In this document: positions 12,654 through 27,362 of the stretch, piece by piece
Layout of the letters: each line of letters begins with the position of its first letter
How positions within the stretch are numbered: position 1 is the stretch's first letter
DNA from: Auanema rhodensis
Taxonomy: Eukaryota > Animalia > Nematoda
DNA length: 64,000 bases
Direction of reading: 5' to 3'
NCBI GenBank assembly: GCA_964057225.1
Contig: OZ059900.1
Span: 15,252,001-15,316,000, forward strand
Notes under the pieces: generated by a model
Databases searched by the model: none
Told to the model about the DNA's origin: nothing
Seen by the model: only the letters and a program-made list of their open reading frames with translations
Program-made: the position numbers and the translations under genes

Positions 12654-15600
12654 TAAAAAAATACAAAAACACAGTATTTCCCATGAGAAATATTTTATTA
12701 TGCTGGAAAACGAGTTTTTGGAAATTTCGCTGTAAACAAGGTTTTGACTTACGATTTCATGTGTTCAAACTCATGCAATGTCAATGAAATCTAGCTCAAA
12801 ATTGTTCCTACAACGTCTAGTTCCACTTTCACGACAAAAAAACAGGGGTTAGAAAATTAAGGAAATTAGCAGATTCTGAGGGCACGCCCTTTATGGCTTA
12901 TATTGATTAAATCGATTTTTGTTCATATGAGTCGTCAAATGCAACGAATTTCAGCGTGTTACATACTAAAATGAAACATTTTACATGCTGAACACTATAA
13001 AAATACAAAAACACAGTATTTCCCATGAGAAATATTTTATTATGCTGGAAAACCAGTTTTTGGAAATTTCGCTGTAAACAAGGTTTTGACTTACGATTTC
13101 ATGTGTTCAAACTCATGCAATGTCAATGAAACCTAGCTCAAAATTGTTCCTACAACGTCTAGTTCCACTTTCACGACAACAAAACAGGGGTTAGAAAATT
13201 AAGGAAATTAGCATAATCTGAGGGCACGCCCCTTATGGCTAATATTGATTAAATCGATTTTTGTTCATATGAGTCGTCAAATGCAATTAATTTCAGCGTG
13301 TTACATACTAAAATGAAGCATTTTACATGCTGAACACTATAAAAATACAAAAACACAGTATTTCCCATGAGAAATATTTTATTATGCTGGAAAACCAGTT
13401 TTTGGAAATTTCGCTGTAAACAAGGTTTTGACTTACGATTTCATGTGTTCAAACTCATGCAATGTCAATGAAACCTAGCTCAAAATTGTTCCTACAACGT
13501 CTAGTTCCACTTTCACGACAAAAAAAACAGGGGTTAGAAAATTAAGGAAATTAGCATATTCTGAGGGCACGCCCCTTATGGCTAATATTGATTAAATCGA
13601 TTTTTGTTCATATGAGTCGTCAAATGCAACGAATTTCAGCGTGTTACATACTAAAATGAAGCATTTTACATGCTGAACACTAGAAAAATACAAAAACACA
13701 GTATTTCCCATGAGAAATATTTTATTATGCTGGAAAACCAGTTTTTGGAAATTTCGCTGTAAACAAGGTTTTGACTTACGATTTCATGTGTTCAAACTCA
13801 TGCAATGTCAATGAAACCTAGCTCAAAATTGTTCCTACAACGTCTAGTCCCACTTTCACGACAAAAAAACAGGGGTTAGAAAATTAAGGAAATTAGCATA
13901 TTCTGAGGGCACGCCCCTTATGGCTAATATTGATTAAATCGATTTTTGTTCATATGAGTCGTCAAATGCAACGAATTTCAGCGTGTTACATACTAAAATG
14001 AAGCATTTCACATGCTGAACACTAGAAAAATACAAAAACACAGTATTTCCCATGAGAAATATTTTATTATGCTGGAAAACCAGTTTTTGGAAATTTCGCT
14101 GTAAACAAGTTTTTGACTTACGATTTCATGTGTTCAAACTCATGCAATGTCAATGAAACCTAGCTCAAAATTGTTCCTACAACGTCTAGTTCCACTTTCA
14201 CGACAAAAAAACAGGGGTTAGAAAATTAAGGAAATTAGCATATTCTGAGGGCACGCCTCTTATGGCTAATATTGATTAAATCGATTTTTGTTCATATGAG
14301 TCGTCAAATGCAACGAATTTCAGCGTGTTACATACTAAAATGAAGCATTTTACATGCTGAACACTAGAAAAATACAAAAACACAGTATTTCCCATGAGAA
14401 ATATTTTATTATGCTGGAAAACCAGTTTTTGGAAATTTCGCTGTAAACAAGTTTTTGACTTACGATTTCATGTGTTCAAACTCATGCAATGTCAATGAAA
14501 CCTAGCTCAAAATTGTTCCTACAACGTCTAGTTCCACTTTCACGACAAAAAAACAGGGGTTAGAAAATTAAGGAAATTAGCATATTCTGAGGGCACGCCT
14601 CTTATGGCTAATATTGATTAAATCGATTTTTGTTCATATGAGTCGTCAAATGCAACGAATTTCAGCGTGTTACATACTAAAATGAAGCATTTTACATGCT
14701 GAACACTAGAAAAATACAAAAACACAGTATTTCCCATGAGAAATATTTTATTATGCTGGAAAACCAGTTTTTGGAAATTTCGCTGTAAACAAGGTTTTGA
14801 CTTACGATTTCATGTGTTCAAACTCATGCAATGTCAATGAAACCTAGCTCAAAATTGTTCGTACAACGTCTAGTTCCACTTTCACGACAAAAAAACAGGG
14901 GTTAGAAAATTAAGGAAATTAGCATATTCTGAGGGCACGCCCCTTATGGCTAATATTGATTAAATCGATTTTTGTTCATATGAGTCGTCAAATGCAACAA
15001 ATTTCAGCGTGTTACATACTAAAATGAAGCATTTTACAAGCTGAACACTAGAAAAATACAAAAACACAGTTTTTCCCATGAGAAATATTTTAATATGCTG
15101 GAAAACCAGTTTTTGGAAATTTCGCTGTAAACAAGGTTTTGACTTACGATTTCATGTGTTCAAACTCATGCAATGTCAATGAAACCTAGCTCAAAATTGT
15201 TCGTACAACGTCTAGTTCCACTTTCACGACAAAAAAACAGGGGTTAGAAAATTTAGGAAATTAGCATATTCTGAGGGCACGCCCCTTATGGCTAATATTG
15301 ATTAAATCGATTTTTGTTCATATGAGTCGTCAAAAGCAACGAATTTCAGCGTGTTACATACTAAAATGAAGTATTTTACATGCTGAACACTAGAAAAATA
15401 CAAAAACACAGTATTTCCCATGAGAAATATTTTATTATGCTGGAAAACCAGTTTTTGGAAATTTCGCTGTAAACAAGGTTTTGACTTACGATTTCATGTG
15501 TTCAAACTCATGCAATGTCAATGAAACCTTGCTCAAAATTGTTCCTACAACGTCTAGTTCCACTTTCACGACAAAAAAACAGGGGTTAGAAAATTAAGGA

Positions 15601-18600
15601 AATTAGCATATTCTGAGGGCACGCCCCTTATGGCTAATATTGATTAAATCGATTTTTGTTCATATGAGTCGTCAAATGAAACGAATTTCAGGGTGTTACA
15701 TACTAAAATGAAGCATTTTACATGCTGAACACTATAAAAATACAAAAACACAGTATTTCCCATGAGAAATATTTTATTATGCTGGAAAACCAGTTTTTGG
15801 AAAGTTCGCTGTAAACAAGGTTTTGACTTACGATTTCATGTGTTCAAACTCATGCAATGTCAATGAAACCTAGCTCAAAATTGTTCGTACAACGTCTAAT
15901 TCCACTTTCACGACAAAAAAACAGGGGTTAGAAAATTAAGGAAATTAGCATATTCTGAGGGCACGCCCCTTATGGCTAATATTGATTAAATCGATTTTTG
16001 TTCATATGAGTCGTCAAATGCAACGAATTTCAGCGTGTTACATACTAAAATGAAGCATTTTACATGCTGAACACTAGAAAAATACAAAAACACAGTATTT
16101 CCCATGAGAAATATTTTATTATGCTGGAAAACCAGTTTTTGGAAAGTTCGCTGTAAACAAGGTTTTGACTTACGATTTCATGTGTTCAAACTCATGCAAT
16201 GTCAATGAAACCTAGCTCAAAATTGTTCCTACAACGTCTAGTTCCACTTTCACGACAAAAAACAGGGGTTAGAAAATTAAGGAAATTAGCATATTCTGAG
16301 GGCACGCCCCTTATGGCTAATATTGATTAAATCGATTTTTGTTCATATGAGTCGTCAAATGCAACGAATTTCAGCGTGTTACATACTAAAATGAAGCATT
16401 TTACATGCTGAACACTAGAAAAATACAAAAACACAGTATTTCCCATGAGAAATATTTTATTATGCTGGAAAACCAGTTTTTGGAAATTTCGCTGTAAACA
16501 AGGTTTTGACTTACGATTTCATGTGTTCAAACTCATGCAATGTCAATGAAACCTAGCTCAAAATTGTTCCTACAACGTCTAATTCCACTTTCACGACAAA
16601 AAAACAGGGGTTAGAAAATTAAGGAAATTAGCATATTCTGAGGGCACGCCCCTTATGGCTAATATTGATTAAATCGATTTTTGTTCATATGAGTCGTCAA
16701 ATGCAACGAATTTCAGCGTGTTACATACTAAAATGAAGTATTTTACATGCTGAACACTAGAAAAATACAAAAACACAGTATTTCCCATGAGAAATATTTT
16801 ATTATGCTGGAAAACCAGTTTTTGGAAATTTCGCTGTAAACAAGGTTTTGACTTACGATTTCATGTGCTCAAACTCATGCAATGTCAATGAAACCTAGCT
16901 CAAAATTGTTCCTACAACGTCTAATTCCACTTTCACGACAAAAAAACAGGGGTTAGAAAATTAAGGAAATTAGCATATTCTGAGGGCACGCCCCTTATGG
17001 CTAATATTGATTAAATCGATTTTTGTTCATATGAGTCGTCAAATGCAACGAATTTTAGCGTGTTACATACTAAAATGAAGCATTTTACATGCTGAACACT
17101 AGAAAAATACAAAAACACAGTATTTCCCATGAGAAATATTTTATTATGCTGGAAAACCAGTTTTTGGAAATTTCGCTGTAAACAAGGTTTTGACTTACGA
17201 TTTCATGTGTTCAAACTCATGCAATGTCAATGAAACCTAGCTCAAAATTGTTCGTACAACGTCTAGTTCCACTTTCACGACAAAAAAACAGGGGTTAGAA
17301 AATTAAGGAAATTAGCATATTCTGAGGGCACGCCCCTTATGGCTAATATTGATTAAATCGATTTTTGTTCATATGAGTCGTCAAATGCAACAAATTTCAG
17401 CGTGTTACATACTAAAATGAAGCATTTTACAAGCTGAACACTAGAAAAATACAAAAACACAGTTTTTCCCATGAGAAATATTTTATTATGCTGGAAAACC
17501 AGTTTTTGAAAATTTCGCTGTAAACAAGGTTTTGACTTACGATTTCATGTGTTCAAACTCATGCAATGTCAATGAAACCTAGCTCAAAATTGTTCCTACA
17601 ACGTCTAGTTCCACTTTCACGACAAAAAAACAGGGGTTAGAAAATTTAGGAAATTAGCATATTCTGAGGGCACGCCCCTTATGGCTAATATTGATTAAAT
17701 CGATTTTTGTTCATATGAGTCGTCAAATGCAACGAATTTCAGCGTGTTACATACTAAAATGAAGCATTTTACATGCTGAACACTAGAAAAATACAAAAAC
17801 ACAGTATTTCCCATGAGAAATATTTTATTATGCTGGAAAACCAGTTTTTGGAAATTTCGCTGTAAACAAGGTTTTGACTTACGATTTCATGTGTTCAAAC
17901 TCATGCAATGTCAATGAAACCTAGCTCAAAATTGTTCCTACAACGTCTAGTTCCACTTTCACGACAACAAAACAGGGGTTAGAAAATTAAGGAAATTAGC
18001 ATATTCTGAGGGCACGCCCCTTATGGCTAATATTGATTAAATCGATTTTTGTTCATATGAGTCGTCAAATGCAACGAATTTCAGCGTGTTACATACTAAA
18101 ATGAAGCATTTCACATGCTGAACACTAGAAAAATACAAAAACACAGTATTTCCCATGAGAAATATTTTATTATGCTGGAAAACCAGTTTTTGGAAATTTC
18201 GCTGTAAACAAGGTTTTGACTTACGATTTCATGTGTTCAAACTCATGCAATGTCAATGAAACCTAGCTCAAAATTGTTCGTACAACGTCTAGTTCCACTT
18301 TCACGACAAAAAAAACAGGGGTTAGAAAATTAAGGAAATTAGCATATTCTGAGGGCACGCCCCTTATGGCTAATATTGATTAAATCGATTTTTGTTCATA
18401 TGAGTCGTCAAATGCAACGAATTTCAGCGTGTTACATACTAAAATGAAGCATTTTACATGCTGAACACTAGAAAAATACAAAAACACAGTATTTCCCATG
18501 AGAAATATTTTATTATGCTGGAAAACCAGTTTTTGGAAATTTCGCTGTAAACAAGGTTTTGACTTACGATTTCATGTGTTCAAACTCATGCAATGTCAAT

Positions 18601-21600
18601 GAAACCTAGCTCAAAATTGTTCCTACAACGTCTAGTTCCACTTTCACGACAACAAAACAGGGGTTAGAAAATTAAGGAAATTAGCATATTCTGAGGGCAC
18701 GCCCCTTATGGCTAATATTGATTAAATCGATTTTTGTTCATATGAGTCGTCAAATGCAACGAATTTCAGCGTGTTACATACTAAAATGAAGCATTTCACA
18801 TGCTGAACACTAGAAAAATACAAAAACACAGTATTTCCCATGAGAAATATTTTATTATGCTGGAAAACCAGTTTTTGGAAATTTCGCTGTAAACAAGGTT
18901 TTGACTTACGATTTCATGTGTTCAAACTCATGCAATGTCAATGAAATCTAGCTCAAAATTGTTCCTACAACGTCTAGTTCCACTTTCACGACAAAAAAAC
19001 AGGGGTTAGAAAATTAAGGAAATTAGCAGATTCTGAGGGCACGCCCTTTATGGCTTATATTGATTAAATCGATTTTTGTTCATATGAGTCGTCAAATGCA
19101 ACGAATTTCAGCGTGTTACATACTAAAATGAAACATTTTACATGCTGAACACTATAAAAATACAAAAACACAGTATTTCCCATGAGAAATATTTTATTAT
19201 GCTGGAAAACCAGTTTTTGGAAATTTCGCTGTAAACAAGGTTTTGACTTACGATTTCATGTGTTCAAACTCATGCAATGTCAATGAAACCTAGCTCAAAA
19301 TTGTTCCTACAACGTCTAGTTCCACTTTCACGACAACAAAACAGGGGTTAGAAAATTAAGGAAATTAGCATAATCTGAGGGCACGCCCCTTATGGCTAAT
19401 ATTGATTAAATCGATTTTTGTTCATATGAGTCGTCAAATGCAATTAATTTCAGCGTGTTACATACTAAAATGAAGCATTTTACATGCTGAACACTAAAAA
19501 AATACAAAAACACAGTATTTCCCATGAGAAATATTTTATTATGCTGGAAAACCAGTTTTTGGAAATTTCGCTGTAAACAAGGTTTTGACTTACGATTTCA
19601 TGTGTTCAAACTCATGCAATGTCAATGAAACCTAGCTCAAAATTGTTCCTACAACGTCTAGTTCCACTTTCACGACAAAAAAAACAGGGGTTAGAAAATT
19701 AAGGAAATTAGCATATTCTGAGGGCACGCCCCTTATGGCTAATATTGATTAAATCGATTTTTGTTCATATGAGTCGTCAAATGCAACGAATTTCAGCGTG
19801 TTACATACTAAAATGAAGCATTTTACATGCTGAACACTAGAAAAATACAAAAACACAGTATTTCCCATGAGAAATATTTTATTATGCTGGAAAACCAGTT
19901 TTTGGAAATTTCGCTGTAAACAAGGTTTTGACTTACGATTTCATGTGTTCAAACTCATGCAATGTCAATGAAACCTAGCTCAAAATTGTTCCTACAACGT
20001 CTAGTTCCACTTTCACGACAAAAAAACAGGGGTTAGAAAATTAAGGAAATTAGCATATTCTGAGGGCACGCCCCTTATGGCTAATATTGATTAAATCGAT
20101 TTTTGTTCATATGAGTCGTCAAATGCAACGAATTTCAGCGTGTTACATACTAAAATGAAGCATTTCACATGCTGAACACTAGAAAAATACAAAAACACAG
20201 TATTTCCCATGAGAAATATTTTATTATGCTGGAAAACCAGTTTTTGGAAATTTCGCTGTAAACAAGTTTTTGACTTACGATTTCATGTGTTCAAACTCAT
20301 GCAATGTCAATGAAACCTAGCTCAAAATTGTTCCTACAACGTCTAGTTCCACTTTCACGACAAAAAAACAGGGGTTAGAAAATTAAGGAAATTAGCATAT
20401 TCTGAGGGCACGCCTCTTATGGCTAATATTGATTAAATCGATTTTTGTTCATATGAGTCGTCAAATGCAACGAATTTCAGCGTGTTACATACTAAAATGA
20501 AGCATTTTACATGCTGAACACTAGAAAAATACAAAAACACAGTATTTCCCATGAGAAATATTTTATTATGCTGGAAAACCAGTTTTTGGAAATTTCGCTG
20601 TAAACAAGGTTTTGACTTACGATTTCATGTGTTCAAACTCATGCAATGTCAATGAAACCTAGCTCAAAATTGTTCGTACAACGTCTAGTTCCACTTTCAC
20701 GACAAAAAAACAGGGGTTAGAAAATTAAGGAAATTAGCATATTCTGAGGGCACGCCCCTTATGGCTAATATTGATTAAATCGATTTTTGTTCATATGAGT
20801 CGTCAAATGCAACAAATTTCAGCGTGTTACATACTAAAATGAAGCATTTTACAAGCTGAACACTAGAAAAATACAAAAACACAGTTTTTCCCATGAGAAA
20901 TATTTTATTATGCTGGAAAACCAGTTTTTGGAAATTTCGCTGTAAACAAGGTTTTGACTTACGATTTCATGTGTTCAAACTCATGCAATGTCAATGAAAC
21001 CTAGCTCAAAATTGTTCGTACAACGTCTAGTTCCACTTTCACGACAAAAAAACAGGGGTTAGAAAATTTAGGAAATTAGCATATTCTGAGGGCACGCCCC
21101 TTATGGCTAATATTGATTAAATCGATTTTTGTTCATATGAGTCGTCAAAAGCAACGAATTTCAGCGTGTTACATACTAAAATGAAGTATTTTACATGCTG
21201 AACACTAGAAAAATACAAAAACACAGTATTTCCCATGAGAAATATTTTATTATGCTGGAAAACCAGTTTTTGGAAATTTCGCTGTAAACAAGGTTTTGAC
21301 TTACGATTTCATGTGTTCAAACTCATGCAATGTCAATGAAACCTTGCTCAAAATTGTTCCTACAACGTCTAGTTCCACTTTCACGACAAAAAAACAGGGG
21401 TTAGAAAATTAAGGAAATTAGCATATTCTGAGGGCACGCCCCTTATGGCTAATATTGATTAAATCGATTTTTGTTCATATGAGTCGTCAAATGAAACGAA
21501 TTTCAGGGTGTTACATACTAAAATGAAGCATTTTACATGCTGAACACTATAAAAATACAAAAACACAGTATTTCCCATGAGAAATATTTTATTATGCTGG

Positions 21601-22700
21601 AAAACCAGTTTTTGGAAAGTTCGCTGTAAACAAGGTTTTGACTTACGATTTCATGTGTTCAAACTCATGCAATGTCAATGAAACCTAGCTCAAAATTGTT
21701 CGTACAACGTCTAATTCCACTTTCACGACAAAAAAACAGGGGTTAGAAAATTAAGGAAATTAGCATATTCTGAGGGCACGCCCCTTATGGCTAATATTGA
21801 TTAAATCGATTTTTGTTCATATGAGTCGTCAAATGCAACGAATTTCAGCGTGTTACATACTAAAATGAAGTATTTTACATGCTGAACACTAGAAAAATAC
21901 AAAAACACAGTATTTCCCATGAGAAATATTTTATTATGCTGGAAAACCAGTTTTTGGAAATTTCGCTGTAAACAAGGTTTTGACTTACGATTTCATGTGT
22001 TCAAACTCATGCAATGTCAATGAAACCTAGCTCAAAATTGTTCCTACAACGTCTAGTTCCACTTTCACGACAAAAAACAGGGGTTAGAAAATTAAGGAAA
22101 TTAGCATATTCTGAGGGCACGCCCCTTATGGCTAATATTGATTAAATCGATTTTTGTTCATATGAGTCGTCAAATGCAACGAATTTCAGCGTGTTACATA
22201 CTAAAATGAAGCATTTTACATGCTGAACACTAGAAAAATACAAAAACACAGTATTTCCCATGAGAAATATTTTATTATGCTGGAAAACCAGTTTTTGGAA
22301 ATTTCGCTGTAAACAAGGTTTTGACTTACGATTTCATGTGTTCAAACTCATGCAATGTCAATGAAACCTAGCTCAAAATTGTTCCTACAACGTCTAATTC
22401 CACTTTCACGACAAAAAAACAGGGGTTAGAAAATTAAGGAAATTAGCATATTCTGAGGGCACGCCCCTTATGGCTAATATTGATTAAATCGATTTTTGTT
22501 CATATGAGTCGTCAAATGCAACGAATTTCAGCGTGTTACATACTAAAATGAAGTATTTTACATGCTGAACACTAGAAAAATACAAAAACACAGTATTTCC
22601 CATGAGAAATATTTTATTATGCTGGAAAACCAGTTTTTGGAAATTTCGCTGTAAACAAGGTTTTGACTTACGATTTCATGTGCTCAAACTCATGCAATGT
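12654..22700. repeat. Large segmental duplication within the array (17-18 monomers, ~5.8-6.2 kb offset), imperfect
   Basis: The rare GAAATCTAG/AGCAGATT/CCCTTTA monomer occurs at 12790 and 18947 (6157 bp apart). CAAAAGC occurs at 15335 and 21150 (5815 bp apart). The marked monomers follow in the same order in both copies. Confidence 0.75.
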
Positions 22701-25700
22701 CAATGAAACCTAGCTCAAAATTGTTCCTACAACGTCTAGTTCCACTTTCACGACAAAAAAAACAGGGGTTAGAAAATTAAGGAAATTAGCATATTCTGAG
22801 GGCACGCCCCTTATGGCTAATATTGATTAAATCGATTTTTGTTCATATGAGTCGTCAAATGCAACGAATTTCAGCGTGTTACATACTAAAATGAAGCATT
22901 TTACATGCTGAACACTAGAAAAATACAAAAACACAGTATTTCCCATGAGAAATATTTTATTATGCTGGAAAACCAGTTTTTGGAAATTTCGCTGTAAACA
23001 AGGTTTTGACTTACGATTTCATGTGTTCAAACTCATGCAATGTCAATGAAACCTAGCTCAAAATTGTTCCTACAACGTCTAGTTCCACTTTCACGACAAA
23101 AAAACAGGGGTTAGAAAATTAAGGAAATTAGCATATTCTGAGGGCACGCCCCTTATGGCTAATATTGATTAAATCGATTTTTGTTCATATGAGTCGTCAA
23201 ATGCAACGAATTTCAGCGTGTTACATACTAAAATGAAGCATTTCACATGCTGAACACTAGAAAAATACAAAAACACAGTATTTCCCATGAGAAATATTTT
23301 ATTATGCTGGAAAACCAGTTTTTGGAAATTTCGCTGTAAACAAGTTTTTGACTTACGATTTCATGTGTTCAAACTCATGCAATGTCAATGAAACCTAGCT
23401 CAAAATTGTTCCTACAACGTCTAGTTCCACTTTCACGACAAAAAAACAGGGGTTAGAAAATTAAGGAAATTAGCATATTCTGAGGGCACGCCTCTTATGG
23501 CTAATATTGATTAAATCGATTTTTGTTCATATGAGTCGTCAAATGCAACGAATTTCAGCGTGTTACATACTAAAATGAAGCATTTTACATGCTGAACACT
23601 AGAAAAATACAAAAACACAGTATTTCCCATGAGAAATATTTTATTATGCTGGAAAACCAGTTTTTGGAAATTTCGCTGTAAACAAGGTTTTGACTTACGA
23701 TTTCATGTGTTCAAACTCATGCAATGTCAATGAAACCTAGCTCAAAATTGTTCCTACAACGTCTAGTTCCACTTTCACGACAACAAAACAGGGGTTAGAA
23801 AATTAAGGAAATTAGCATATTCTGAGGGCACGCCCCTTATGGCTAATATTGATTAAATCGATTTTTGTTCATATGAGTCGTCAAATGCAACGAATTTCAG
23901 CGTGTTACATACTAAAATGAAGCATTTCACATGCTGAACACTAGAAAAATACAAAAACACAGTATTTCCCATGAGAAATATTTTATTATGCTGGAAAACC
24001 AGTTTTTGGAAATTTCGCTGTAAACAAGGTTTTGACTTACGATTTCATGTGTTCAAACTCATGCAATGTCAATGAAACCTAGCTCAAAATTGTTCGTACA
24101 ACGTCTAGTTCCACTTTCACGACAAAAAAAACAGGGGTTAGAAAATTAAGGAAATTAGCATATTCTGAGGGCACGCCCCTTATGGCTAATATTGATTAAA
24201 TCGATTTTTGTTCATATGAGTCGTCAAATGCAACGAATTTCAGCGTGTTACATACTAAAATGAAGCATTTTACATGCTGAACACTAGAAAAATACAAAAA
24301 CACAGTATTTCCCATGAGAAATATTTTATTATGCTGGAAAACCAGTTTTTGGAAATTTCGCTGTAAACAAGGTTTTGACTTACGATTTCATGTGTTCAAA
24401 CTCATGCAATGTCAATGAAACCTAGCTCAAAATTGTTCCTACAACGTCTAGTTCCACTTTCACGACAAAAAAACAGGGGTTAGAAAATTAAGGAAATTAG
24501 CATATTCTGAGGGCACGCCCCTTATGGCTAATATTGATTAAATCGATTTTTGTTCATATGAGTCGTCAAATGCAACGAATTTCAGCGTGTTACATACTAA
24601 AATGAAGCATTTCACATGCTGAACACTAGAAAAATACAAAAACACAGTATTTCCCATGAGAAATATTTTATTATGCTGGAAAACCAGTTTTTGGAAATTT
24701 CGCTGTAAACAAGTTTTTGACTTACGATTTCATGTGTTCAAACTCATGCAATGTCAATGAAACCTAGCTCAAAATTGTTCCTACAACGTCTAGTTCCACT
24801 TTCACGACAAAAAAACAGGGGTTAGAAAATTAAGGAAATTAGCATATTCTGAGGGCACGCCTCTTATGGCTAATATTGATTAAATCGATTTTTGTTCATA
24901 TGAGTCGTCAAATGCAACGAATTTCAGCGTGTTACATACTAAAATGAAGCATTTTACATGCTGAACACTAGAAAAATACAAAAACACAGTATTTCCCATG
25001 AGAAATATTTTATTATGCTGGAAAACCAGTTTTTGGAAATTTCGCTGTAAACAAGGTTTTGACTTACGATTTCATGTGTTCAAACTCATGCAATGTCAAT
25101 GAAACCTAGCTCAAAATTGTTCGTACAACGTCTAGTTCCACTTTCACGACAAAAAAACAGGGGTTAGAAAATTAAGGAAATTAGCATATTCTGAGGGCAC
25201 GCCCCTTATGGCTAATATTGATTAAATCGATTTTTGTTCATATGAGTCGTCAAATGCAACAAATTTCAGCGTGTTACATACTAAAATGAAGCATTTTACA
25301 AGCTGAACACTAGAAAAATACAAAAACACAGTTTTTCCCATGAGAAATATTTTATTATGCTGGAAAACCAGTTTTTGGAAATTTCGCTGTAAACAAGGTT
25401 TTGACTTACGATTTCATGTGTTCAAACTCATGCAATGTCAATGAAACCTAGCTCAAAATTGTTCGTACAACGTCTAGTTCCACTTTCACGACAAAAAACA
25501 GGGGTTAGAAAATTAAGGAAATTAGCATATTCTGAGGGCACGCCCCTTATGGCTAATATTGATTAAATCGATTTTTGTTCATATGAGTCGTCAAATGCAA
25601 CGAATTTCAGCGTGTTACATACTAAAATGAAGCATTTTACATGCTGAACACTAGAAAAATACAAAAACACAGTATTTCCCATGAGAAATATTTTATTATG

Positions 25701-27362
25701 CTGGAAAACCAGTTTTTGGAAATTTCGCTGTAAACAAGGTTTTGACTTACGATTTCATGTGTTCAAACTCATGCAATGTCAATGAAACCTAGCTCAAAAT
25801 TGTTCCTACAACGTCTAATTCCACTTTCACGACAAAAAAACAGGGGTTAGAAAATTAAGGAAATTAGCATATTCTGAGGGCACGCCCCTTATGGCTAATA
25901 TTGATTAAATCGATTTTTGTTCATATGAGTCGTCAAATGCAACGAATTTCAGCGTGTTACATACTAAAATGAAGTATTTTACATGCTGAACACTAGAAAA
26001 ATACAAAAACACAGTATTTCCCATGAGAAATATTTTATTATGCTGGAAAACCAGTTTTTGGAAATTTCGCTGTAAACAAGGTTTTGACTTACGATTTCAT
26101 GTGCTCAAACTCATGCAATGTCAATGAAACCTAGCTCAAAATTGTTCCTACAACGTCTAGTTCCACTTTCACGACAAAAAAAACAGGGGTTAGAAAATTA
26201 AGGAAATTAGCATATTCTGAGGGCACGCCCCTTATGGCTAATATTGATTAAATCGATTTTTGTTCATATGAGTCGTCAAATGCAACGAATTTCAGCGTGT
26301 TACATACTAAAATGAAGCATTTTACATGCTGAACACTAGAAAAATACAAAAACACAGTATTTCCCATGAGAAATATTTTATTATGCTGGAAAACCAGTTT
26401 TTGGAAATTTCGCTGTAAACAAGGTTTTGACTTACGATTTCATGTGTTCAAACTCATGCAATGTCAATGAAACCTAGCTCAAAATTGTTCCTACAACGTC
26501 TAGTTCCACTTTCACGACAAAAAAACAGGGGTTAGAAAATTAAGGAAATTAGCATATTCTGAGGGCACGCCCCTTATGGCTAATATTGATTAAATCGATT
26601 TTTGTTCATATGAGTCGTCAAATGCAACGAATTTCAGCGTGTTACATACTAAAATGAAGCATTTCACATGCTGAACACTAGAAAAATACAAAAACACAGT
26701 ATTTCCCATGAGAAATATTTTATTATGCTGGAAAACCAGTTTTTGGAAATTTCGCTGTAAACAAGTTTTTGACTTACGATTTCATGTGTTCAAACTCATG
26801 CAATGTCAATGAAACCTAGCTCAAAATTGTTCCTACAACGTCTAGTTCCACTTTCACGACAAAAAAACAGGGGTTAGAAAATTAAGGAAATTAGCATATT
26901 CTGAGGGCACGCCTCTTATGGCTAATATTGATTAAATCGATTTTTGTTCATATGAGTCGTCAAATGCAACGAATTTCAGCGTGTTACATACTAAAATGAA
27001 GCATTTTACATGCTGAACACTAGAAAAATACAAAAACACAGTATTTCCCATGAGAAATATTTTATTATGCTGGAAAACCAGTTTTTGGAAATTTCGCTGT
27101 AAACAAGGTTTTGACTTACGATTTCATGTGTTCAAACTCATGCAATGTCAATGAAACCTAGCTCAAAATTGTTCGTACAACGTCTAGTTCCACTTTCACG
27201 ACAAAAAAACAGGGGTTAGAAAATTAAGGAAATTAGCATATTCTGAGGGCACGCCCCTTATGGCTAATATTGATTAAATCGATTTTTGTTCATATGAGTC
27301 GTCAAATGCAACAAATTTCAGCGTGTTACATACTAAAATGAAGCATTTTACAAGCTGAACAC